Shown here: piece by piece, positions 1 to 10,371 of the stretch
Layout of the letters: every line of letters starts with the position of its first letter
Position numbering within the stretch: position 1 is the first letter of the stretch
NCBI GenBank assembly: GCA_038227375.1
Contig: JBBRPY010000001.1
Location: 5,825-69,824 of the forward strand
Origin: Dehalococcoidia bacterium
Lineage (GTDB): Bacteria; Chloroflexota; Dehalococcoidia; DSTF01; JACRBR01
Length of the DNA: 64,000 nt
Reading direction: 5' to 3'
Position numbers and translations under genes: made by a program
The notes under the pieces: generated by a model
Told to the model about the DNA's origin: nothing
What the model saw: only the letters and a program-made list of their open reading frames with translations
The model's database searches: none

Positions 1-924
1 GAATCCCAGCTCCAAGTTGCATGCCCCATAGGAGTGATACGGCACCCGTGTTGTACTTGCCCCACCACTCGGCTTGCACTTGGCGCCCTGGGGACCAGAC
101 TCGGAGACGCATCAGACCGAGCGTTTCTCGTGCCCCCGCAATGCCCAGCATTGCTAGAACGAGAAGAAGCAACGTGGAACTGAGGATCGATCCTGCGACG
201 GGCGTGCCGCCGATTGCTCCGAGCAGAGATCCCAAAGCGGCACCGCCAAGCCCGGATCCAACCAGAAGAAGTGTGGCGTCTCTCCATCTAATAACCTCAG
301 TTCGCTCGCCCCCAACGGGGGTCGTGATGGTTCCCACCATCCCGCCGCCTCAGCCAGTCCACCACGATTGTATGCCCACGAGTACGGCAACGGACACTCC
401 AGAGGCAAAAACCAAATCCGCTATGATATTCCTCCGTTAACAGGCCGCGATCGCCACTGCGATCGTGCAGAAGTAGCAAGGTTGATCAGCTGTACACCAA
501 GTGCTTTGTGGGCAATGGTTGAAGCATTTGGACACACTGCACTGCGACGGGCAGACGCCGCCAGACTTTGGTTTGCAACAGTCGTAGTAGTAGTACAGAA
601 ACCCAGCAGCCCCTCCTATCGGACAGCAGCATCCGGCCCAAAACGAGCCTTGAGTGGTTCCGGCCGGACAGGCTGATGATGATCCGCCACAGGCCCCACC
701 ACAGGGCCTTCCGCAAAGGCCGCACCATTGGCAGGGGGTGCAGTGTGAGCTGGCTTCAGCTGTCTCGACACCGTCGCCGATCAGGGGAAGGGGCACGTGC
801 CGCGCGACTACGATTCCCGTCGCGGCAAATGCCAATCTCGCAGTGAGCCCAAGGAAGCCGCGTCGGGTACTGCGCTGTGAGATCGATTGCAAGGGCCGAG
901 ATACGATGCCTTCGACATGGTGAT

Positions 925-1290
925 TCACTGCGCAACCTCCTCGACTAGTCCGACAGAGCCGGCCTTGGAGGGTTCGCTCGAAAGACTAAATACCTCTAGC
1001 GCGAAGAGGCTTTCCAAGTGTTCAAGATTATTCACGAACCCCTTGGATTGGATCACGCCACCCTCGTCCAGTAGAACGCCATACGGATAGCTTCCCACAC
1101 CGAGCGCCAGCCGCAGGTGATCGGCGCCGCTGATGTAGGAGATACCGACTTGAGCTAGCTCACGCGCATAGTCACCATCCCGCTCTGTGTCGGTGCCGCT
1201 TATGGCGACTGTTCGTATAGACGAACGAGTTTCTCGCGCGAGGGCTTTCAGACCCGGCATGAGATCTTCGCAAACCGAGCATTGCGGCTA
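925..1290 (-). pseudogene. N-terminally truncated TlpA/ResA-family thiol-disulfide oxidoreductase (redoxin) fragment
   Basis: ORF 925..1260 aligns to the C-terminal two-thirds of ResA/TlpA (VAISGTDTE..., YGVLLDEGGVIQ). A CxxC (CSVC) lies 4 codons upstream of the Met with a TAG stop 2 codons beyond it. The Trp-CxxC N-terminal region and any signal or anchor sequence are absent. Confidence 0.45.
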
Positions 1291-1565
1291 CGGCGCGCCA
1301 CGGCGTCACCACGGTTCGCGCGTCAGAGGCGCTGGCGGCGCCGGATTCGCCGTCGGCAGACGACGAGCCCCACCCGCGCCCACGCCGGACAGCCGCGACG
1401 AGTGACATGCGGAAGCACCGGCGTCTCCTTCGCCTAGCGCATGGTCGAAAGTCATAGTGTCGTCGAAGCCGTTGCACGCCAAGCCTCGGTCGCGTCGCGA
1501 TCGATCCGACGGCCGTAGGCGCTTTAGGACGCACACCATGAGTTAATCTCGCGTGCAGTGGTGCG

Positions 1566-4352
1566 TTACACGCCGTACACCTTGAGCACTTCGTCGCCGT
1601 AGTGGTTGATCACTTTGACGGCGATCTTGCCGGACGCCGGCACATCGAACGGCTGGCTCTTCGTCGAGTAAAGCGCCGACCATGCGGCTTCGTCGATCTC
1701 GGCACGGAGGGCGCGCTTGAGCTTCTCGTAGGGTTCGTCGGCGCCGGTGAAGTAAGCGTGCCGGACGAAGAAGCTCTCGTCGTTGTACGCGGTGTCGATG
1801 AACCAGCAGGCAATGTCGTCCGTCGAGCTTGAGCGGATCTGGCCCGTTGTCGGGTCGTAGACATCGAGGCCATGAATCTCGACGACGACCCTGCCATCCG
1901 CGTCGCGCTCGATGCGGATGTCGGGCTCGCCGAAGACCATGAAGAGATTGCCGGCGCCGGTCTTCTTGAGCAGCTCATCGCCCATCGCGAGATCGGGGTT
2001 CATCCGAGCGAGCAGCACCGGCAGCTTGCCGTACTGCATCTGCTGCTCGGCGACGGCGAAGCCGTCCCGCGTCGATGGCGCATCGGGGCTGATCTCGCGG
2101 GCCGTCGAGCCGGCGTATGCGTCGAACGCCATGCCACAGACGATGAGCAGGTCAACGCCGACGCCGCGCATCGCCGCCACGGCCGCTTCGCGCACTCGGT
2201 CAGAGCCGACCGTCTCGGTCTCGCCACCGATGCTGACGGCGACGCGTCGCGTCGCGCCCGCCTTGTCGGTGTATTCGCCGGTCGCGTGTATGTCGGGACC
2301 GGGTGCGGCATCGAGGCGATCGAAGGTGATGCGCGCGCTCTTGTCGCCGGCGTTCTGCACACCCGCCTTCCGCAGATTGTCGAGGATCGTCGTGATGAAG
2401 TCGGGTACGGTCGCGTCTGCTCGCGCCGCCGTCTCCGTCGCCGGCCGATCGGCGCCGTCGAGCAGCCGGTGCGGCGAGAGGCTCTCGACGGTGAACGGGC
2501 CGGTGACGCGGACGCGCTTGTTGTCCTCGTACGGCTGGTCGACCAGCACCTCGGTGTCAGCGCGCCGCGCGATCGATGCGTCGATCTCCGCCTGACGCTC
2601 TCGGCGCAGCTTCCACCAATCGGCGTGCAGGTTTTCGGCCGGCGACGGCCACGACTTGTCGGCGTCGCGCGGGATCTGCCACTCCTCCCATGACTGCTTG
2701 AGCAGCTTGTTCAGGTTCGCGCGCCGAGGTTCCAGTTGTTCCTGGTAGCGGTCGTGGATCGCATCGATCTCCTCGTTGTTGGCGATCGACTTGAGCGTCA
2801 CGTGCGGCACGCGGCGGTAGACGAAGCCCTTGCGCACGTCGTTGCCGTACGCCTGCTGCGCCGTCATCTCCGCGACGCCCGACAACTCGCGCTCTTTCGC
2901 CGCGCCGTCGGGTGAGTCGCCGAGGAGGTAGTACGGGAACCGTGCTGCCATCAGCCGCGTGCGGGCGAGCGCCAGCGCGACGCGGCTCGTGTCCATCGTG
3001 ATCCAGCGCCGCCCCCACTGCTCCGCGACGTACGCCGTCGTGCCACTGCCGCACGTCGGGTCAAGGACGAGGTCACCGGGGTCGGTGGTCATGAGCATGC
3101 ACCGCTCGATGATAGTCGTCGAAGTCTGAACTACGTAGACCTTCCTATCCGTTCGGCTCTGAACACCCGCCGTCTCGGTCCAAACGTTGGACAGGGGGAA
3201 AACCGGGAAGTCATCCATGTACCTGACGAATCGCGGCATATTGGCTTCTGTTCTGAGCCTATCCGCCAGAGCAAGACGTTGAAGTCCTCGCGGCGTCGTC
3301 TTCCAGTGAAGGCCGGACGGGATCTCGAACCGGCGGCCATGGAAGCCGAAGGCTTCTGGGGTGCGCGGGGCGCCTTGCGACGTTAGCTGATCTAACGTCG
3401 CAAGGCGCCCCGCGTTTTCAAGTTCTCGATACTTCGATGCGCCGCTTTCGCCCGCTTCCTTCTCGCGCAATAGTCGTCGATATTTGTCCGTGGCATGTGT
3501 CTCGTCTTTCGCGTACCAAAGCAGATAGTCAGCAACGTTGTCGAGTCGATCTGCGCTGAAGCCAGTCGTCTTTGTGAAGGTAATCAGCGACAGGAAGTTG
3601 TCGCTGCCAAACACCTCATCCATCACGTTGCGGACGAGGTGCACGTTTTCGTCGCCGATCTGCACGAAGATGCTGCCGGTCTCGGTGAGCAGCTCGCGGG
3701 CGGCGACGAAGCGGTCGCGCAGGTACGTGAGGTACGAATGGATGCCGAGCGCCCAGGTGTCGCGGAACGCCTTCACCACCTCCGGCTCGCGCGCCATGTC
3801 CTCGACCTTGCCGTCCTTCACGTCGCGCTTCCGCGTGCTGACCTGCCAGTTGGAGCCGAACTTGATGCCGTAGGGCGGGTCGAGATAGATCATCTGCACC
3901 TTGCCCTTGAGCCCCTCCTTCTCCGCGAGCGATGTCATCGACAGCAGCGAGTCGCCGAGGATCATCCGGTTGGACCAGTGCATCGGCCAGTGGTAGAAAT
4001 CGACCTTCTTCTCGAACGTGTCGATGCCGTTGAAGTCGGAGAAGAGGTCGAACTGTGACTGCGGCGACGGCGTCGCACCGCGGCTTCGGACGTCCTCGAT
4101 GATCGCCTGCGGATGGATCTTCTCCTGGATGTAGATCGGCACGACAGGCACGGCGAGGTCTTCGCGATCCTGCTCGTCCTTGCCCTTCCAGACCAGCTGC
4201 GGGTCGAGCGTCGGATCGCGCGGATAGAGCATCGTCGCCGGCGCGTCGTCCGGCGCAAAGTTGCGCAGTTGCTCAGTCGGGATGTTCGCTCGCTTGTCCT
4301 TGTGCCGCAGCGAATCGACATCGATCTTCGCGCGAGGCTTCTTTGGTGGCAT
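1566..4352 (-). CDS. mod: Type III R-M Mod subunit, beta-class N6-adenine/N4-cytosine DNA methyltransferase with long C-terminal extension
   Basis: Motif IV MIYLDPPYG (aa ~150) precedes motif I LVLDPTCGSGTT (aa ~425), which is the beta-class order typical of Type III Mod. N-terminal LVWKGKDEQD...PIYIQEKIHP block. The gene lies in one same-strand cluster with a Res-like helicase-nuclease. About 450 aa after motif I have no recognisable motif. Confidence 0.8.
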   Translation of the reverse strand: MPPKKPRAKIDVDSLRHKDKRANIPTEQLRNFAPDDAPATMLYPRDPTLDPQLVWKGKDEQDREDLAVPVVPIYIQEKIHPQAIIEDVRSRGATPSPQSQFDLFSDFNGIDTFEKKVDFYHWPMHWSNRMILGDSLLSMTSLAEKEGLKGKVQMIYLDPPYGIKFGSNWQVSTRKRDVKDGKVEDMAREPEVVKAFRDTWALGIHSYLTYLRDRFVAARELLTETGSIFVQIGDENVHLVRNVMDEVFGSDNFLSLITFTKTTGFSADRLDNVADYLLWYAKDETHATDKYRRLLREKEAGESGASKYRELENAGRLATLDQLTSQGAPRTPEAFGFHGRRFEIPSGLHWKTTPRGLQRLALADRLRTEANMPRFVRYMDDFPVFPLSNVWTETAGVQSRTDRKVYVVQTSTTIIERCMLMTTDPGDLVLDPTCGSGTTAYVAEQWGRRWITMDTSRVALALARTRLMAARFPYYLLGDSPDGAAKERELSGVAEMTAQQAYGNDVRKGFVYRRVPHVTLKSIANNEEIDAIHDRYQEQLEPRRANLNKLLKQSWEEWQIPRDADKSWPSPAENLHADWWKLRRERQAEIDASIARRADTEVLVDQPYEDNKRVRVTGPFTVESLSPHRLLDGADRPATETAARADATVPDFITTILDNLRKAGVQNAGDKSARITFDRLDAAPGPDIHATGEYTDKAGATRRVAVSIGGETETVGSDRVREAAVAAMRGVGVDLLIVCGMAFDAYAGSTAREISPDAPSTRDGFAVAEQQMQYGKLPVLLARMNPDLAMGDELLKKTGAGNLFMVFGEPDIRIERDADGRVVVEIHGLDVYDPTTGQIRSSSTDDIACWFIDTAYNDESFFVRHAYFTGADEPYEKLKRALRAEIDEAAWSALYSTKSQPFDVPASGKIAVKVINHYGDEVLKVYGV

Positions 4353-4386
4353 CAGGTTTGCTCCGGGTTGGGCGGCAGGCCGACGT

Positions 4387-4403
4387 TTCTACAATCTGTA
4401 GAA
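4387..4403. promoter_or_regulatory. Perfect palindrome TTCTACA-ATC-TGTAGAA in the 150-nt gap upstream of mod; candidate operator or promoter element
   Basis: 7-bp inverted repeat with a 3-nt spacer read directly from the sequence. Tandem GTCGAC hexamers lie 60 nt further on. It sits between the ORF6N stop and the mod start on the transcribed side. Confidence 0.3.
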
Positions 4404-4504
4404 TGGTCATATCGGATCGGGTCGCCTCTCAACGCTTTCATCAGTCGTCGACAACCCGTCGACGAGTCAAATCTGGATTCGCCGTGCGTCCATGTCGCCT
4501 CATG

Positions 4505-5086
4505 TTATCGGTCGGCCTTCCGCAGCCCGATGGCACGCCGCGACGTGACCGGTGGTGCCATCAACTGGCGAATGGCGTCGAACACCGCTTTGAACTGGCG
4601 GTCGTACTTCCGTTCAAGCGCGTCAAGCTTCCGCGACAGCTCCTCGTTTGTCGCCAGCAGTTGCCGCAGCCGGACGAAGGTCCGCATGATCTCGATGTTG
4701 ACGGCGACCGCGCGCTCGCCGCGAAGGACGCCGGACAGCATCGCCACGCCCTGCTCGGTGAACGCGTACGGCGGGTAGCGGCGACCGCCGTGGCGGACGT
4801 TTGAGGTAACAGTTTGTGACCTCAAACGCGGCTCTCCAGCTTCGGGGTCGACGTTTGAGGTTCCGATATGCAACCTCAAGCGCTCGAACTCGTCGGGCGT
4901 GAGGCGGAACATGAAGTCTTCCGGGAACCGCTCCGAATTGCGCTTGGCCGCTTGGATCAGGGCCTTCGTCTCGACGCCGTAGAGTGCCGCGAGATCTGAA
5001 TCGAGCATCACTTTCTGGCTTCGGATCAGAAAGATCGCCTGTTCGACACGCTCGGCCGGGATCACGGATGCCTTAGCCGTCATCGT
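4505..5086 (-). CDS. ORF6N (KilA-N-like) domain protein
   Basis: N-terminus [46 protein letters not shown] matches the ORF6N consensus, and the C-terminal coiled-coil tail is typical of this family. The most likely start is ATG at 5086 (GAGG RBS), 8 nt after the res stop. The ORF-track start at 5134 overlaps res. Confidence 0.7.
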   Translation of the reverse strand, partial: TMTAKASVIPAERVEQAIFLIRSQKVMLDSDLAALYGVETKALIQAAKRNSERFPEDFMFRLTPDEFERLRLHIGTSNVDPEAGEPRLRSQTVTSNVRHGGRRYPPYAFTEQGVAMLSGVLRGERAVAVNIEIMRTFVRLRQLLATNEELSRKLDALERKYDRQFKAVFDAIRQLMAPPVTSRRAIGLRKADR

Positions 5087-8055
5087 CTTCGCCTCGCCCA
5101 CTGTCAATCGCCGCGCGAATCGTATTCTGGGCATCCCACGGATCGGTTACCTCGACGAACGCCCAGCGCCCGAATCCGCCGTGGGCGTTAATCGCCGGTA
5201 CCCAAAGCGACCGCGCCGTGGCTGTCTTCGCCGCCTTGTCCTTCTTCGCCTCGCCACTCACTTCGACGATCAAGTTCAGCAGATCGGCGCCGCCGCGGCC
5301 GTCATCGATGCGGACGATGAAGTCCGGGATGTACTGGTGCTCTTCGCCGTTCAGGGTGTACGGAATCGTGAAGCCGAGCCCCTGGTTCTTCACGTAGGAT
5401 CGCACGCCGGCGAGCGTCTCCAGCCCTTGCGCCATCTTCTGCTCCCACGAGTCGGTATCGGCAACGACGTGCGAGATGTGGCACCGGTCAGCATGTGCGA
5501 CGTACGTCGGCTTCGTTGTGTCGAAGTCCACGTAGCGCGTCGAGCCCATGGGATCGTACGGACGCAGGATCGGCTTCAGCAGCTTCTCGCCGTCGCTCGA
5601 CTTGACGATGCAGCGATAGAGCCGGTCGGCCGCATCGTACGCGAGCTCGTGCAGCAACAGAAGCTGCGGAAAGGCGTTGTCCTTCAGCGTCACGCATTCG
5701 CCGAGCCAGCGGCGCGTGATCTCGACGAGTTGCGGGAAGAACCACGGCCGCAGCTCGCCCGCGTCGTCCCGGAACTTCGTCTCCAGCACGAGCTTCGCGA
5801 GGAAGAATGCTATCTGCTGCGGCCGGTACTGCTTGAGGTCGTCGAGGCTGTGCGTCGAGCCTTCGCCGACGATCGGCGCGAGCTCCGTTTTGGTCGGCAC
5901 ATCCTGCGTCGAGAGCGAGAGCTTGGCATCGTCGTCGAAGGTCGCCCGCAGTCGCTCCGCCGGCAACTCGTAGCGATAGCCGACCACGCGCGGGAATGTG
6001 ATCTCGCATTCGGCTCGATCTTCGAGCGCGCGCACGCGCGTCGCGATGCGTCCGGGCTTAGGATTGGCCTGTGCACCGGAGGTCGGGATGAACGAGAACG
6101 GCACGCCATACACTTCGGCGTACTCCGGTTCAAACATGCCGTCGTCGTTCGGCGCGTAGCTCGTCCGCCGCAAGCCGCGCCCGACGACTTGCTCGCACAG
6201 CAATTGCGTCCCGAATGCGCGCACGCCGAGTATGTGCGTCACCGTGTTGGCGTCCCAGCCCTCCGTGAGCATGGACACGGATACAACGCATTTCACGTTC
6301 TCGCCCAGCTTGCCACGCTTGCCGACGGTGTTCATCACCTCGCGCAGAAGGTCTTCATCGGTGAGGTTCTCGGCATCGCGTCCGGGGAAGCGGGCGCGAT
6401 AGTCGGACTTGAACTCCTCGATCTCGACGGCCGCGATCTTCTTGAAGTCGGCGCTCATCGCCTCACCTGACTCAAGCTGGGTACTGTCTACAAGGATCGT
6501 GTTCGGACGGGCGCTCCAGTCGCCGCCGCGCGCGTTGCTGAAGATATCGAATGCGCCTGGCACGACGATCCGCTCTTCCTCGGAGATCTGTTTCTCCCAA
6601 CCCGCAACGTAGTCATACACGAGCTTCGACACGTTCGTGTTGTTGCAGACGACGATGAAGACGGGCGGCGTCATTCTCGCCGCTTGCATCTCCGTACTCT
6701 GCTCCCACTGCCGATACTGCTTCTCGTAGTGGCCGTAGAGGCTGTGCAGCGCGCCCTGCAGTTCGGCGGGCAGTTGTGGTTCGCCGGTCACGGCTTCTGT
6801 CTTGCGGCCCTTCTTCGGCAGGTGCTCGCGAATGCGCTGCCAGAGATCCCTGTAGGTGGGTTGCTCGCCCGTCATAGAGTCATCCGCAACGGGCACGCGA
6901 GGCACCTTCACGATGCCGCTCTCGATGGCGTCGATCAGCGAGAAATCGGAGACGACCCACTGGAACAGCGTGCCTTCGCGGTAGCCTGAGCCGCGCAGAT
7001 AGAACGGTGTCGCCGAGAGGTCGTAGATCGCACGCAGCTCCTTGATCGCTTCGAGCCCGGAGATCCAGATGCGCGCTTCTTCCTCGCGCTTCTCCGCTTC
7101 CCTACGGTCGTCGCCGATCAGCTTGATCTCGTCGACCGCGTCCGGCTTGCGGCGATAGCAATGATGGGCCTCGTCATTGATGACGACGATGTTCTTCTTG
7201 GCGCCCAGCTCGCGCAACACGCGGCGCACCATCTTGGCAGGCGTCTCCTTCGTGGCGCTCGTGCCGCCGCGAGCAAGGATCGATTTCGTCAACCGGCTTG
7301 CCTCACCCGTGTCGCGCATCGTGAACGCGTGGAAGTTTGTGATGATGATCTTCGCCCGGCCGAGCTCGACGATTTGCTCCGGCGTCAGCACATCGCGCTG
7401 TCGATAGTAGTTTTCCGGATCGTTCGGCAGCAGGACGCGGAGCCGGTCACGGATCGTGATCCCGGGCGTGACGATGAGGAACGCATCGGAGAAGCGGGCA
7501 TCCTGCGGGTTCGCGAGCTTGTTGAGCGCCTGCCAGGCGATAAGCATCGCCATGACGACCGTCTTCCCGGCGCCGGTAGCCATCTTGAATGCGATGCGAA
7601 AGAGGAGCGGATTGGATGCTTCGTTGAACGCCCGCAGCTGGTTGACAACGTTCGGCTGATACTTCGGTGCGACCTCCGCGATGAAGATCGCCGTTTCGAG
7701 CGCCTCGATTTGACAGAAGAACAGCTTCTTGTCGCGCTCGGGGTTACGCCAATACTCGAGGAGTTGCCGCGAGACGCTGGTGATGTCGCGGTATCCGCCC
7801 TGGCGCCATTGATCGACGTAGCGGCGAACCTCGTTGATGAACTGATTCTCTTCGACTCGGTCCTGCGTCCACTCCGTATCGAAGGCGAGCTGCTTGCCCT
7901 TTTTCTTCGACGATGCGATTGGCACGAAATACTGGCTTACGCGCCGCGATTCCTCGATCTCGTTCGTGATGCCGTCGTCGGAGAACCGGAAGTGGCGACG
8001 CGGCTCCTCGAAGGGCGAGTTGAGGATCGGGTTCTCGATGACGACTTGCGGCACA
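5073..8055 (-). CDS. res: Type III restriction enzyme Res subunit (SF2 DEAH helicase fused to a PD-(D/E)xK endonuclease)
   Basis: N-terminal [19 protein letters not shown] block, Walker [16 protein letters not shown] motif II, C-terminal nuclease motif PDFIV...[10 protein letters not shown]. The start is placed at GTG 8055 (GGGGAG RBS) for a ~994-aa protein. The ORF-track extension to 8384 overlaps the divergent integrase gene and is rejected. Confidence 0.8.
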
Positions 8056-8252
8056 ATGCTCCCCGGCCGCGACTCAGAACTTCGGGTGCGACCTTTCCGC
8101 GATTCTACCCGACGCTGGGGAATGGAGCTTGGTCTCGACCATTCCGACCAACTTCGGATTGCCGTACACGACGCAATCTTAGTGTGCGTCCGGGCTTGAT
8201 ATCGTCTGCGGTCAGAGCGTATATGGTGTCGCCTCGAAGGAGGAGGCACCGC

Positions 8253-9185
8253 ATGCAGACGATCACCACATTCGACAACAGCGCCGAGGGCTGGGAGCGA
8301 AGTCTCTACGCATTCCTCGCCGAGAAGGAGCGACGCAGCGGCAGCCGACGCACCGTGGAGGGCTACAGCCGGATGCTGCAGCACTTCTTCGGGACCGTCG
8401 GCAAGCCGCCGGATCGCGTGACGAGCCAGGAGGTGTTCGCCTGGGGGTACGGCGTCGGGCTCTCAGGCAAGCAGCCGTCGTCGGTGACGATTGGCGCCCG
8501 CATCGCCTGCCTCAGCAGTTTCTATCACTTCCTGATCCGCATGAAGGCGATCACGTCCAACCCTTGTGACGCCATCGAGCGGCCACGGCTGCAGGTGGCA
8601 CCGCCACGAGGTTTGAGTGCCGATGACATCCGACGGTTGCTCGCCGTGATCCCCGAGACTCCGGTGGGGCTGCGCGACCGAGCCATCATTCTCACGCTGA
8701 CGCTGACCGGACGGCGTCGTGCCGAGGTGCTGAACATGGTGGCCGGGGACATCACGGTCGAGGACGGTCGGACGTGGTATCGGTACCGCGGGAAGGGCGG
8801 GAAGACGGGCAAACGCGAGCTGCCACAGCCCGCGTTTATCGCGATCACGGGCGCGTTGCGGGCGTTCGGGCTCGACATCGCGGTCATGCAGCCAACCGCG
8901 TCGTTGTGGCCCTCCAGCGGCGATCCTACGCGCGGACTGACCAGCGGGACGTTCTACGGCAACCTCCGACGATACCTGAAGGCGGCGAACCTACCGCTCG
9001 CCGGCGTGCACATCTTCCGGCACTCGGCCGCGAAGCTCCGTCGCGACGCGGGCGAGTCGATCGAGGACGTCAGTCGGTTCTTGGACCACTCATCCCTCGC
9101 TGTCACGAGCGTGTACTTGCGGCGGCTGGAGGGCGAGGAGGACAGGACCTGGGGCAAGGTGGCAACAGCGATCGGCATAGCGTAA
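8253..9185 (+). CDS. Tyrosine site-specific recombinase / phage-type integrase (XerC/D-like)
   Basis: ATG at 8253 is preceded by AGGAGG. The N-terminal SAM-like core-binding region, the catalytic-domain motifs (R...HxxR...Y: IFRHSAAKLRR, LAVTSVYLRR) and the size (310 aa) fit the family. Confidence 0.8.
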   Translation: MQTITTFDNSAEGWERSLYAFLAEKERRSGSRRTVEGYSRMLQHFFGTVGKPPDRVTSQEVFAWGYGVGLSGKQPSSVTIGARIACLSSFYHFLIRMKAITSNPCDAIERPRLQVAPPRGLSADDIRRLLAVIPETPVGLRDRAIILTLTLTGRRRAEVLNMVAGDITVEDGRTWYRYRGKGGKTGKRELPQPAFIAITGALRAFGLDIAVMQPTASLWPSSGDPTRGLTSGTFYGNLRRYLKAANLPLAGVHIFRHSAAKLRRDAGESIEDVSRFLDHSSLAVTSVYLRRLEGEEDRTWGKVATAIGIA

Positions 9186-9252
9186 CCACCTGAACACGAC
9201 TCGTCGGCTACGGCTCGTACAATTCCTTGACGGAGATTCAAGGAGGACGACT

Positions 9253-10371
9253 ATGCCACGTCACCGGGGGTTCAACCTCGATCGCTTCACCTTCGGCATT
9301 CCGTTCGAGATCCTTCAACAATACTTCGCGCAGTTACAACCCGGCCGTACGGACGACGGCCGCCTCAGCTTCGACGACCCACTGGCGATGAAGGACTGGC
9401 TGAACGCTCCAGAGAACGGCGAGGCGTCCGGGATCGTCTTGGAAGAGTGGCATCGCATCAACGACATCTGCGTGCATGGTGGCCGACATCTTCTACGTGC
9501 CTATGAGCGCTCCCCGATTCCCTGCGACCAGGAGCGAGCCATTGAGGAACTCGCGATGCGTCTGTTCCTAGAGGATCGGCCATCGTTCGACTATGCCTGG
9601 GGCTACTACGTGCTCCACGCGGCGAACGCTCGAGTGAGCCAGTATCGACTTCCCGCCGGTGAGATGGAATTCAGCACTCAGGACGCGACGGACTTCGAGG
9701 AGTTCCTGAGCGGCATGTTCAAGCAACAGAAGATGGGTCCGAACTGCCGCGTCAGCGTCAATCGAGACGAGTCGGGCGTTCTAGTGTTGGTCTCGCGCGG
9801 GACCTACATGAGGACGTTCATGAGGTGGAAGGGCACGGAAGTCAGTTTCGAGACGTTCCGCCCCGCAATTGAGGACGTCATGATCTACGAGCCAGAAGGC
9901 AGTCGACTAAGCATTCGCGCCGGCTTTAAGCGAGATCGCGACCTCTACGTCCGCGGCATCGCCCGATTCTTGGCAGGAGACCAGGATCTTGCGGATGCTG
10001 CGTTGAAGGAGCGCCTCTTTGACTTGACGCCCTTTGCAAATGGGCAGTTCAACTACCGGGGCGATGGCGCGATCCGACGTGTCGTTCTTCGTGAAGTAGA
10101 GTTGTCGCTGTCGGTATTGGGCAAGGGTGCATTGGTGATTAAGTCCGACGACGTCGTCCGAACCCTGCGCGAGGACCTGCCCGAGTTGTCGCTAACGCGG
10201 GGAGAGATTCGGCGCGTCAGGCTCTTCTTCGAGGTGAGGGAGGAAATACAAGGCAGATCTTACCCGATCACGTTCGAGATCGAACCACCAGCGTACAGCG
10301 ATTTCTCGGTGAAGGCTCACGCCGCACATGTAGACAAGTATCTGCGCGCGCAAAAGGTCAAATTGCTCTGA
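9253..10371 (+). CDS. Hypothetical protein, no recognisable family (island cargo gene 1)
   Basis: Strong RBS AAGGAGG 7 nt upstream. 372-aa ORF with locally lower GC than its surroundings. Translationally coupled (TGATG overlap) to the next ORF. Confidence 0.6.
   Translation: MPRHRGFNLDRFTFGIPFEILQQYFAQLQPGRTDDGRLSFDDPLAMKDWLNAPENGEASGIVLEEWHRINDICVHGGRHLLRAYERSPIPCDQERAIEELAMRLFLEDRPSFDYAWGYYVLHAANARVSQYRLPAGEMEFSTQDATDFEEFLSGMFKQQKMGPNCRVSVNRDESGVLVLVSRGTYMRTFMRWKGTEVSFETFRPAIEDVMIYEPEGSRLSIRAGFKRDRDLYVRGIARFLAGDQDLADAALKERLFDLTPFANGQFNYRGDGAIRRVVLREVELSLSVLGKGALVIKSDDVVRTLREDLPELSLTRGEIRRVRLFFEVREEIQGRSYPITFEIEPPAYSDFSVKAHAAHVDKYLRAQKVKLL

Noticed and set aside
8056-8384. N-terminal 110 aa of the res ORF-track call
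   Set aside because: It overlaps the divergent integrase start. A GTG with a GGGGAG RBS at 8055 gives the family-typical N-terminus (M)[17 protein letters not shown] and family-typical length.
7161-9185. 674-aa ORF on + strand
   Set aside because: Only the last 310 aa (from ATG 8253 with AGGAGG RBS) match a tyrosine integrase. The upstream 1.1 kb is antisense to the well-supported res gene.
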